Assembly: GCA_044338255.1 (NCBI GenBank)
Contig: JBIILZ010000005.1
Location: 2,718-66,717 of the forward strand
Direction: 5' to 3'
DNA length: 64,000 nucleotides
From: Planctomycetota bacterium
GTDB taxonomy: Bacteria > Planctomycetota > UBA11346
Shown here: piece after piece, positions 28,969 to 37,577 of the stretch
Layout of the letters: each line of letters opens with the position of its first letter
Numbering within the stretch: the stretch's first letter is position 1
The notes under the pieces: model-generated
Seen by the model: the letters and a program-made list of their open reading frames with translations, nothing else
Databases searched by the model: none
Told to the model about the DNA's origin: nothing
Program-made: the position numbers and the translations under genes

Positions 28969-31019
28969 GGCTGAATCCCACCGCTACGGCGCACCTGGTC
29001 TTCATCGGCCTGATCGCGCTCTACCTGGGTGGTTCCTATCCTGGAGCGGCGGCGGCTCTGGGCGTGCAGGTGGTGCTGGCGGTGCTCGCAGAAATCATCC
29101 ACGCCACGTGGCGAGGTGGCGTCCGCTGGCCGATCGTGCATGAGATTTTTTTCCTTACGGGTTTGGCCGCGGCCTGGGTGCTGAGGGCGCCTCTGTATCC
29201 GATGGTCGGCTACGCCCTGTGCGCGTCCTTGCTCCTGTTGGTCCGTCATCGCGCGCTGCGCTTCATCCCCGCCTTGTGCGCGGTCGATCTGGTGTGGTGC
29301 GGAGTCGGTGGCACGTCTTTGTTAATGGCCCCGCAGGCGATGGCCCCGCACTCGGCGATGACGGCGGCGGTGGCCTTGGTGCCACTGGCAATCGCGGCCT
29401 TGGCCACCGATGCCTGGTTGGAGGCCTTGAGCGGATCCCGTCTTATCCATCGCTACCCGCATGACCATTTCCGCCGCCACGTCTTCGCCCTGCGGCGGCC
29501 GTCCTGGTTGTGGTTGTGGTGGCCGGTCTTGCTGTGCACCGTGCTGGCCCTGGTCATCGGCCTGCCGATTAGCCGGCGCGCGCCCGAAGATATGCCGGTG
29601 CAACCCTTGCGGGTGTCCAATCCCTTGGTCTCGGCTCGGCAGCATAGCGGCCTGTCGACGGTGATCCGCATCGGCGATCAGGTCCACATCGATCGCGATC
29701 AGCAGATCTGCGCGCGCTTGGAGTGGACGGGGTCGGCGCCGAAGACCCCGGCCATGGTCTACCTGCGCGCGATCACCATGCCCGAGGTCCTCGTCGAAGG
29801 GCCCTTCCTGTTGTGGCATGCCGTCGAGGACGGCTTCCTGCCGATGACCGCGCCAATGCCCGCGCGGACCGCCAGCGGCTGGCTGCTGCGGCGTCCCGGT
29901 GGCGGTGATGCGGTGCTGCGGCCGGATGGCGCGAGCGGGGTCGGGCTGGAACACCTGCGCCGCGATCGCGACGGGAATTGGTATCAGGCCGGGCTCGGAC
30001 GGCAGACGACGACCTATCGTGTTAGCCTCGAATCCCTCACCGAGAGCATCACCGGCGAAGCCACCGCCGGCGAGATCGAGGTCTGTCGGCGCCTGCCGCG
30101 CAGCCTCGAACAGCTGCCGTGGAATCGGGTCGAACGTTCGGCGTGGGCGGCGATGACCCCCGAGGACGCGGCCCGCGATATCATCACCGTGATCCATCAG
30201 CGTTGCCGCTACGAACTCGACGCATTGCCTGAACCCGATCCGACACCGGGCGGCGCCCTGCTGACCTTCCTGCTCTCGAACGACGCCGATGAGCGTCGTG
30301 GCCATTGTCAGTATTTCTCGACCGCCGCCGTGGTCCTGCTGCGCCGGGCGGGACATCCGGCGCGGACCGTGGTTGGTTTCGCCAGCGAAGAGATCGACGC
30401 CAAGGGCGTGACCTTCCGCGGTCTGCACGCCCATGCCTGGACCGAGCTGGTGGATTCGCGCGGACGCTGGCAGCGCCTCGACGCCACCCCTTCTTCAGGC
30501 TACCTGCAGCGTGTGGCGGGCGTCGATACGCGCCTGGGCGAGCTTGCACCGGAGGTCATCTCCGCCCACCAGACCTTGGATGCCGCCGCCGCCGAGGCGG
30601 CCGCGGAGCCCGTCTTGCCGCTCACCGACCTTCCGGCGTCTGCTCCCTGGTTGATTCCCAGTGGATTAATAATTTCTGGGATCGGCCTTTTCTATGTAGG
30701 AATGCGTTGGTGGCGCCGACGTCCGAGCGCCACGCAGCGTCGACGTCAGGCGTTGACCGAGGCCAATGTCACATTGTTCACCTGCGCGCGGGAATTAGGC
30801 ATTTCGGTGCGTCCATCGTCGACGCTCGCCGAGGTCGCCGCGGCCCTGACACGACGTACCGGCATCGATCTCAGCGGCCATCTGCGCGAGCATCAGGTCG
30901 CGCGCTATGATCACGGCCCCGCACCGCGGCCGTGGCCGTTGGCGGCACTGCGCTCAAGCACCGGCTCAAGCACCGGCTCAAGCACCCGCTCAAGCACAGA
31001 GCGCGGCAACCGACACTGA
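28965..31019 (+). CDS. Transglutaminase-like membrane protein
   Basis: Multiple N-terminal TMs. Cys-His-Asp core GHCQYFSTAAVVLLRRAGHPARTVVGF, HAWTELV, RLDATP. 4-nt overlap with the DUF58 gene. Confidence 0.8.
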   Translation: MRLNPTATAHLVFIGLIALYLGGSYPGAAAALGVQVVLAVLAEIIHATWRGGVRWPIVHEIFFLTGLAAAWVLRAPLYPMVGYALCASLLLLVRHRALRFIPALCAVDLVWCGVGGTSLLMAPQAMAPHSAMTAAVALVPLAIAALATDAWLEALSGSRLIHRYPHDHFRRHVFALRRPSWLWLWWPVLLCTVLALVIGLPISRRAPEDMPVQPLRVSNPLVSARQHSGLSTVIRIGDQVHIDRDQQICARLEWTGSAPKTPAMVYLRAITMPEVLVEGPFLLWHAVEDGFLPMTAPMPARTASGWLLRRPGGGDAVLRPDGASGVGLEHLRRDRDGNWYQAGLGRQTTTYRVSLESLTESITGEATAGEIEVCRRLPRSLEQLPWNRVERSAWAAMTPEDAARDIITVIHQRCRYELDALPEPDPTPGGALLTFLLSNDADERRGHCQYFSTAAVVLLRRAGHPARTVVGFASEEIDAKGVTFRGLHAHAWTELVDSRGRWQRLDATPSSGYLQRVAGVDTRLGELAPEVISAHQTLDAAAAEAAAEPVLPLTDLPASAPWLIPSGLIISGIGLFYVGMRWWRRRPSATQRRRQALTEANVTLFTCARELGISVRPSSTLAEVAAALTRRTGIDLSGHLREHQVARYDHGPAPRPWPLAALRSSTGSSTGSSTRSSTERGNRH
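30952..30999 (+). repeat. In-frame 12-bp tandem repeat x4 (SSTG SSTG SSTR SST) at the transglutaminase C-terminus
   Basis: gctcaagcacc(g/c) units read directly. Confidence 0.95.
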
Positions 31020-31031
31020 GGCAGTGACGGA

Positions 31032-31391
31032 GTGAAAACTATGTATAGGCTTCTGCACCATGGCGAGTCGCTGCAACTGATGGATGTGCCTTATACCATC
31101 ACCGACGATGGGCAGCGACGGGTCATCACCCTCAGTCGCGATGCCCTCGATCATCCGGCCCTCGTCGGCGATCCCTGCCTCATGTGCCTGGAGGATTCCG
31201 GTGAACTCCAGCTCGAGATCGATTGCTCGGCGATCAATCAGGCCAACTCCCTGCTGATCGCCTGGATCATCCGCGTGGCCCAGGCTGCCAAGCCGCGCCC
31301 GTTGACCCTCATCGGCGTCAGTGAGCGGCAAGCGGTGCTCTTCCGCCGCATGCGCCTGGATCACATCGTCGGCTTGATGGAAGCCAAATAG
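31032..31391 (+). CDS. Small STAS-like protein
   Basis: ..LQLEIDCSAINQANSLLIAWIIRVAQAAKPRPLTLIGVSERQAVLFRRMRLDHIV.. resembles anti-sigma-antagonist folds. This is a weak call. Confidence 0.45.
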   Translation: MKTMYRLLHHGESLQLMDVPYTITDDGQRRVITLSRDALDHPALVGDPCLMCLEDSGELQLEIDCSAINQANSLLIAWIIRVAQAAKPRPLTLIGVSERQAVLFRRMRLDHIVGLMEAK

Positions 31392-31454
31392 CGCCGGCGA
31401 GACCGAGTCAGCCTTGCTGGCCTATCTCTGACCGGCTCCTAGCCTCTGCACTTC

Positions 31455-32381
31455 ATGTTTGGTTCTTATGCGCGCCCTGCGGCGTTGACGGCGGTCTACC
31501 TGGTCTGGGGATCGACCTATCTGGCGATCGCGCTGGCGGTGAAGACCCTGCCGCCCCTGCTCATGGCCGGCTCCCGTTTCATCGTCGCCGGAGCGCTCAT
31601 GCTGGCGTGGTTGCGGGCCACCGGCACAGCACTGCCGGATAAGCGCCAATGGGTCGCGGCGCTGCTGGTGGGCACCTTGCTGCTGCTGGGCGGCAATGGC
31701 ACCGTGTGCTTGGTCGCGCATGCGGTGCCCTCGGGCATCGTCGCCCTGATCATTGCCTGCACGACCTTGGCCATGGTCGGGGTCGGCTGGGCCTGCGGCG
31801 GACCGCGCCCGACCGCGCGCCTGAGCCTGGGCATCTTGCTCGGCCTGCTCGGCGTCGCGTTCCTGGTGTGGCGTCCGGGATCGGTGACTGCGGCGGCCTA
31901 TCCCTGGTGGGGCATCGCCGCGCTCCTTGGCGCCTGCCTGAGTTGGGCCGCAGGCTCGGTGCTCAGCCGTCGCCTGGCGCCAGCGGCGCGCATTCCTTCA
32001 CCGTGGATGGCGACCGCCGCGCAGATGCTCGCCGGCGGGACGGTGGTGGTGTTGGCGGGGCTCGTCGATGGCGAATGGGCGAGATGCGCGCCGAGCGGCT
32101 TCAGCGCCGTCTCGCTGGCGGCGTGGGCCTACCTAGTGGTCGGCGGCTCGATCATCGGCTTCGGCTCGTATGTATGGCTGCTGCGCCATGCCAGCCCTGC
32201 CCTCGCCACCAGTTACGGCTACGTCAATCCGCTGGTGGCGATCGTCTTAGGGGCCTGGCTCAACCATGAGCCGGTGAACGGGCAGATGCTGTGGTCGGCA
32301 GCGATCATCCTCTCGGCTGTGGCGTTGATCGCCACCGCTGCCGGCCAGGATGGACCTCTGAGGAATGATCGCGATGCCTGA
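31455..32381 (+). CDS. EamA/DMT-family transporter
   Basis: 10-TM layout and ..YLVWGSTYLAI.. at the start. Confidence 0.8.
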   Translation: MFGSYARPAALTAVYLVWGSTYLAIALAVKTLPPLLMAGSRFIVAGALMLAWLRATGTALPDKRQWVAALLVGTLLLLGGNGTVCLVAHAVPSGIVALIIACTTLAMVGVGWACGGPRPTARLSLGILLGLLGVAFLVWRPGSVTAAAYPWWGIAALLGACLSWAAGSVLSRRLAPAARIPSPWMATAAQMLAGGTVVVLAGLVDGEWARCAPSGFSAVSLAAWAYLVVGGSIIGFGSYVWLLRHASPALATSYGYVNPLVAIVLGAWLNHEPVNGQMLWSAAIILSAVALIATAAGQDGPLRNDRDA

Positions 32382-35300
32382 GTTCGTCCATCTGCACGTG
32401 CACAGCCATTTCACGCTGCTGAACTCGCCGATCACCATCGGCAAGCTGCTCGCGAATGTCGCCAAGAAGGGCATGAAGCAGGTCGCGCTTACCGATCGCG
32501 GTAATCTCTTCGGAGCCTTCGAATTCTACATGGCGGGCAAGGATCTCGCCGAGAAGGCGGCCAAGGCGGCCAAGGAATCCGCGGCCGCCCCCGACGATGG
32601 CAAGCTCGCCGCGGCCGCCGCCAAGGCCGCCGCCGCCGTGGTCACACCGATCCTCGGCTGCCAGCTGAACGTGACCCCGGGAGCGATGACCGAGAAGGTC
32701 CGCGACTGGCAACAGCTGGTGGTCCTCGCGACCAGTGAGAAGGGCTATCGCAATCTCTCGCAGCTGGTCTCGCGCGGTTGGCTGCAGGGCTTCTACTTCG
32801 AGCCGCGCGTCGATCTTGAGGCCATTCGCGAACTGCACGAGGACCTCATCTGCCTCACCGGCGCCGGGCGCTGGGGATTCCTCAACAGCCACATCCTCAA
32901 AGGCGCCAAGGAGGATGCCGCGACTCAGCTGGGCAGGCTCAAGGACATCTTCGGCGATCGGCTGTACGTCGAGCTGGCCGATCTCGGACCGGATCCGCAG
33001 CTCGATTGGCACCAGCTCATCGCCGACAACGTGGCCTTGGCCAACGCCGCCGGGGTGCCGGTAGTCGCCACCAACTGGGTGCACTACCTCGATGCCTCGG
33101 ATGCCACCATCCACGATGTGCAGTTGGCCATCGAAGGCGCGACGACGGTGATCGACACCCGGCGCAAGAAGATGCCGACCGAGGAATTCTACCTCAAGAC
33201 CGGCGATGAAATGGCGGCGCGTTTCGCTGACTATCCGCAGGCGATCAGCAACACTTGCGTGATCGCCGAGCGCTGTCATGGCAAGATCCCTTCGGGGCAG
33301 TACTTCCTGCCCACGTTCCCCTGCCCTGAGGGCAAGAACGAGGACGGCCTGCTGCGCGAGCTCTGCGAACTGGGAATGGTCCAGCGCTATGGCCAGGAGG
33401 GCATCAGCGAGGCCCATCGCGAGCGTCTGGAGTTCGAGCTCAAGACCATCATCAGCATGGGCTTCCCGGCGTACTTCCTGATCGTTGCCGACTTCATCGG
33501 CTGGGCCAAACGCAACGGCATCCCGGTAGGCCCGGGGCGCGGCTCGGCGGCGGGCAGCCTGGTCGCCTACGCCATGGGCATCACCGATATGTGCCCGCTG
33601 AAGTACGGCCTGCTCTTCGAACGCTTCCTTAATCCGGGCCGCAAGAGCATGCCCGACATCGACGTCGATTTCTGCAAGGACCGCCGCGAGGAAGTGATCA
33701 ATTACGTGCGCCAGAAGTATGGCGAGGCGGCGGTGACCAACATCATGACCCTCGGCACGATGAAAGCCAAGATGGCGATCAAGGACGTCGCCCGGGCCTA
33801 TGAGTGGAGTCCCGAGGAGAGTCAGGCGCTGGCCAATCTCGTGCCCGCCGATCCCAGCGGCAAGACCGATCTCAAGGTTTGCCTCGGGCTCAAGCCGCTC
33901 GATGAGAAGAAGAACGAGTTCGCCACCGTGGCGGCGATGAAGAGCCGCTACGATGAGGACGAGCGCACCCGCCGGGTGCTCGATGGTGCGATGCAGCTTG
34001 AGAAGCTCGGCCGCAATCTCGGCGTGCATGCCTGCGGCATCATCATCGCCCCGGGTCCGGTCAGTACTTTCGTCCCGGTGTGCAAGGTCAAAGACAAGCA
34101 CGCCACCCAGTTCAACATGTCGCAGGTTGAAAAAGCCGGGCTGCTGAAGATGGACTTCCTCGGTCTGAAGACCATGTCGATCCTCAAGAAGGCCTGCACC
34201 CTCGTGCAGGAGACCGACGGCATCACCGTCGACCTGCTGCAGATCCCCTTGGCCGATCCCAAGACCTTCGCGCTGCTCGGCACCGGTCGCACGCTGGGCG
34301 TGTTCCAATGCGAATCGCGCGGCTTCCAGGAGCTCATCGCGCGTCTCAAGCCCGACCGCTTCGAGGACATGATCGCGCTCGTCGCGCTCTATCGCCCCGG
34401 TCCGCTGATGGCCAACATGCACATTGATTACTGCGACCGCAAACACGGCCTGCAGAAGGTCACCTATCCGCATCCGGTGCTCGAACAGGCGCTGAAGGAG
34501 ACCTACGGGCTCTACATCTACCAGGAGCAGGTGATGACCCTGTCCCGAGAGCTCTGCGGTTTTTCGCCGGCGGAAGCCGATGATCTGCGCAAGGCGATGG
34601 GCAAGAAGGACCTCACCATCCTTGAGAAGCTCAAGGAGAAGTTCATCAACGGCGCCTGGGAAAAATGGCAATTCGACAAGGGCGTCTGCGGCAAGATGTG
34701 GGAGTCGATCCTTGGCTTCGCCAGCTACTGCTTCAACAAATCGCACAGCGCCTGCTATGGCCTGATCGCCTATTGGACAGCGTGGTTCAAGGCCAACCAC
34801 TACGCCGCCTTCATGACCGCCAACCTCATCTACGAGATGGGCGACAAGGACAAGATGACGCTCTTCGTCGAAGAGCTGAAATCACAGCAGATCCCGGTGC
34901 TGCCTCCGGATGTCAACGAATCCGGTTGGGAATTCACGGTCGTGCGCCGTCAGCTCTCTTTGGCTGGAGAGCAGGCTGAACAGGTCGCGATCCGTTTCGG
35001 CTTCGGTGGCGTCAAGGGCGTCGGCGAAGGCGCCGCGGCGCATCTCCAGCAGGTCCGCGCCAGCGGCGGTCCCTTCACCTCGCTCTACGATCTCTGCGAA
35101 CGCACTGATTCGAGGACCATCAACAAACGCGTGGTCGAGGCCGCGATCAAGGTCGGGGCCTTCGATGCCTTGCACGGCAATCGCCGGGCCTTGTACGAGA
35201 CCATGGACAAGGCCTTCGATCGCGGCCAACGCGTGGCCAAGACCAAGGCCCAGAAGCAGGAGACCTTGTTCGCGACCTTCGAACAAGACGCCTCGTTCAT

Positions 35301-36177
35301 GGCCGCGACCCAGGGCTACCCCGAGGTCACCGACTGGGACATGACCGAACGGCTGCGCTATGAGAAGGAACTCACCGGCTATTGGATGAGCATGCATCCG
35401 GTGGCGGTGTACGCCGAGCTCAGTACCCGCTACGCGACCACCACCGCTGGTGAGTTGCCGGGCATGGCCAAGGGCGATCAGGTGGCGATTGCCGCCGTGG
35501 TCGTAGGCAAACGCGTGGTGAAGACCAAGACCGGACGATTCATGGCCATCCTCCAGCTCGAAGATGCCAGCGGCCGTTTCGAGGCCGTGCTCTTCCCCGG
35601 ACGGCCCAATCGCAAAGGCCAGTTCGAGCCGGGTCCGTTCGAGAAATTCGGCAATGAGTGCGAAGACGATCTGGTGGCACTGTTCATCGGCAGCGTCGAG
35701 TTCCGCGAGCAGCGCCGCGCCAGCCGCCCGCCTGGTGATGGCGGCGATGAGGAGACCCTCGATCCCGCGGCCGTCGATGGTGATGAGGAAGGCGGCGTGG
35801 TCGCCCAAGAGGAGCAGGTGGTACGCATGCCGAGCCTGCAGGTGGCGGCGATGATCCCCATGGGCCTGGTGCCGGAGCGCCTCACCCGCGACATCACCAT
35901 CGCCTGGTCGGTGGCGCGCATGCCCGCGCCGACGGTGGTGGCAGAGATGGAAAATCTCTTCAAGGAGAACGATGGCGATTGCCCGGTGACCATCCTCGTG
36001 CACGTCCCCGATGGCGTCGCCCTGACCTTGGCCCTCGGCGATAAATGGAAGGTCCGCGCGACCGCGAAACTCATCGGCGAGCTGCAGCGTCTGTGGGGTT
36101 CTGAGCAGGTCATCCTCCATGCCCAGGACCCTTTGCTGCTCGGACGTCAAGAGCGCGGGTACTCGCGAGCCGGTTGA
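32374..36177 (+). CDS. dnaE: DNA polymerase III alpha subunit
   Basis: PHP start FVHLHVHSHFTLLNS, ..GRGSAAGSLVAY.., ..PDIDVDF.., and an OB-fold tail. Confidence 0.95.
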   Translation: MPEFVHLHVHSHFTLLNSPITIGKLLANVAKKGMKQVALTDRGNLFGAFEFYMAGKDLAEKAAKAAKESAAAPDDGKLAAAAAKAAAAVVTPILGCQLNVTPGAMTEKVRDWQQLVVLATSEKGYRNLSQLVSRGWLQGFYFEPRVDLEAIRELHEDLICLTGAGRWGFLNSHILKGAKEDAATQLGRLKDIFGDRLYVELADLGPDPQLDWHQLIADNVALANAAGVPVVATNWVHYLDASDATIHDVQLAIEGATTVIDTRRKKMPTEEFYLKTGDEMAARFADYPQAISNTCVIAERCHGKIPSGQYFLPTFPCPEGKNEDGLLRELCELGMVQRYGQEGISEAHRERLEFELKTIISMGFPAYFLIVADFIGWAKRNGIPVGPGRGSAAGSLVAYAMGITDMCPLKYGLLFERFLNPGRKSMPDIDVDFCKDRREEVINYVRQKYGEAAVTNIMTLGTMKAKMAIKDVARAYEWSPEESQALANLVPADPSGKTDLKVCLGLKPLDEKKNEFATVAAMKSRYDEDERTRRVLDGAMQLEKLGRNLGVHACGIIIAPGPVSTFVPVCKVKDKHATQFNMSQVEKAGLLKMDFLGLKTMSILKKACTLVQETDGITVDLLQIPLADPKTFALLGTGRTLGVFQCESRGFQELIARLKPDRFEDMIALVALYRPGPLMANMHIDYCDRKHGLQKVTYPHPVLEQALKETYGLYIYQEQVMTLSRELCGFSPAEADDLRKAMGKKDLTILEKLKEKFINGAWEKWQFDKGVCGKMWESILGFASYCFNKSHSACYGLIAYWTAWFKANHYAAFMTANLIYEMGDKDKMTLFVEELKSQQIPVLPPDVNESGWEFTVVRRQLSLAGEQAEQVAIRFGFGGVKGVGEGAAAHLQQVRASGGPFTSLYDLCERTDSRTINKRVVEAAIKVGAFDALHGNRRALYETMDKAFDRGQRVAKTKAQKQETLFATFEQDASFMAATQGYPEVTDWDMTERLRYEKELTGYWMSMHPVAVYAELSTRYATTTAGELPGMAKGDQVAIAAVVVGKRVVKTKTGRFMAILQLEDASGRFEAVLFPGRPNRKGQFEPGPFEKFGNECEDDLVALFIGSVEFREQRRASRPPGDGGDEETLDPAAVDGDEEGGVVAQEEQVVRMPSLQVAAMIPMGLVPERLTRDITIAWSVARMPAPTVVAEMENLFKENDGDCPVTILVHVPDGVALTLALGDKWKVRATAKLIGELQRLWGSEQVILHAQDPLLLGRQERGYSRAG

Positions 36178-36343
36178 TGGTATCAAAAGTGTGTTGGTTT
36201 TTCCGGCAGCCGGTCGCGTTTTATTGACGCGGCCCGTGCCCGATCGGGCATGCCCAAGAAGGAAAGTCGGATCTTTGATTGTACCCAGGAATCTTCGCGC
36301 TAACCGTAGGCCGTTCCTCTCTGCACCGCCTCAAAGGTCTCTC

Positions 36344-37357
36344 ATGATCACCGACGCGACTCCTGCAATTGGCCACGTATGTCAAGAAAACTCAGCAATT
36401 TTAGGGCTTTCTCCGGCAATCATCGATCTTCGCCGACAGTTGCCGCGGGTCGCGGCCGCTGGGCGCACGACCTTGATCGTCGGTCCGACCGGTAGCGGAA
36501 AGGAGCTCGTTGCGCGTGAACTTCATGCCCGCTCGCCACGCAGCGCGGCGCCCTTCATCGCCGTGAATTGCGGAGCCTTGCCGGACTCGCTGGTGGAATC
36601 GGAACTGTTCGGACACAGTCGCGGCGCCTTCACCGGCGCCAATGACATCCGCGCCGGTCTGGTGCCGAGCGCGGCGGGCGGGACCCTCTTCCTCGACGAA
36701 ATCAACTCGCTGACCTTGAGTGCCCAATCGGCGTTACTGCGCTTTCTTGAAAACGGCGAGTTCCGCCCGGTGGGTTCCGATCGGGTGATGAAGTCCAACA
36801 GCTGGGTGATCGCGGCCGCCAACCAGGATCTTCATCACGGCGTCGAAAGCGGATCCTTCCGTCGCGATCTGCTCTACCGCCTGGAAGTGATCCGCGTCAA
36901 GGTCCCGGCCCTGGCCATGCGCGGCGACGACATCCTGCTGCTGGCCGAACATTTCCTCGCCGAGACCGACCATGCCTACGGCTTCAGCGGTGGTGCCCGT
37001 CAGGCCCTGCTCAAGCATTCCTGGCCGGGTAACATCCGCGAGTTGAAGCATCGCGTGCTCAATGCCGCGGTACTCGGCGAAGGACCGTGGATCGAGGCCC
37101 AGGACCTTGGTCTCGCCGAGGGCCAGGTGCTGCCCTTGTCGGCGGCGGTGGGCCTCTCGAACGAGCTCTGGGGCCTGATCGAATCCGGCATGACCCTCGG
37201 CCAAGCGATCGAGCATTGTGAACGGCAGTTGATCATCGGCGCCTTGCGCGCCGAAGAGAACAATCGTACCCGGGCGGCGTCGCGCCTGGGCATCCACGTG
37301 CGCACGATCTTCAAGAAGTTGGCCGGCGAGACGAGCAACGAGACGCCCTGGGGTTGA
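36344..37357 (+). CDS. Sigma-54-dependent enhancer-binding protein lacking any N-terminal sensor/receiver domain
   Basis: Only about 25 aa precede the AAA+ core. Walker A GPTGSGKE, Walker B LFLDEI, the sigma-54 contact loop GAFTGA, and a C-terminal Fis-type HTH NRTRAASRLGIHVRTIFKKL. Confidence 0.85.
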   Translation: MITDATPAIGHVCQENSAILGLSPAIIDLRRQLPRVAAAGRTTLIVGPTGSGKELVARELHARSPRSAAPFIAVNCGALPDSLVESELFGHSRGAFTGANDIRAGLVPSAAGGTLFLDEINSLTLSAQSALLRFLENGEFRPVGSDRVMKSNSWVIAAANQDLHHGVESGSFRRDLLYRLEVIRVKVPALAMRGDDILLLAEHFLAETDHAYGFSGGARQALLKHSWPGNIRELKHRVLNAAVLGEGPWIEAQDLGLAEGQVLPLSAAVGLSNELWGLIESGMTLGQAIEHCERQLIIGALRAEENNRTRAASRLGIHVRTIFKKLAGETSNETPWG

Positions 37358-37577
37358 GTGCTCTTCCTGAATTGAGTGCCTGAATGGGCAGGCAGTGCCC
37401 GGTTAGGCACGCGGGCTATGATCGAATGGGCGTGGTTGGCGGCGAACCTTCTGTAGCAGATCGCGCGATGATCGCATAATATCCGTAAAATACCGTTAAA
37501 TTAAGCAATCTTCAGCGTTGAACAGGCGTACCTTCCGATTGGCACGGAGCGCACTGTGGTGGGACGTGAGGATTCCT

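Noticed and set aside
32305-36186. 831-aa and 434-aa minus-strand ORFs.
   Set aside because: Both are antisense shadows of dnaE. Their translations are low-complexity and Arg/Gly/Ala/His-rich, with no motifs.
37539-37554. ttGGCACggagcGCAct, a striking TGGCAC -24-like element 35 nt upstream of cluster gene 1.
   Set aside because: The GC dinucleotide sits 2 nt too close (GG-N8-GC instead of GG-N10-GC). Sigma-54 promoters tolerate almost no spacing change. It is kept only as something to test experimentally.
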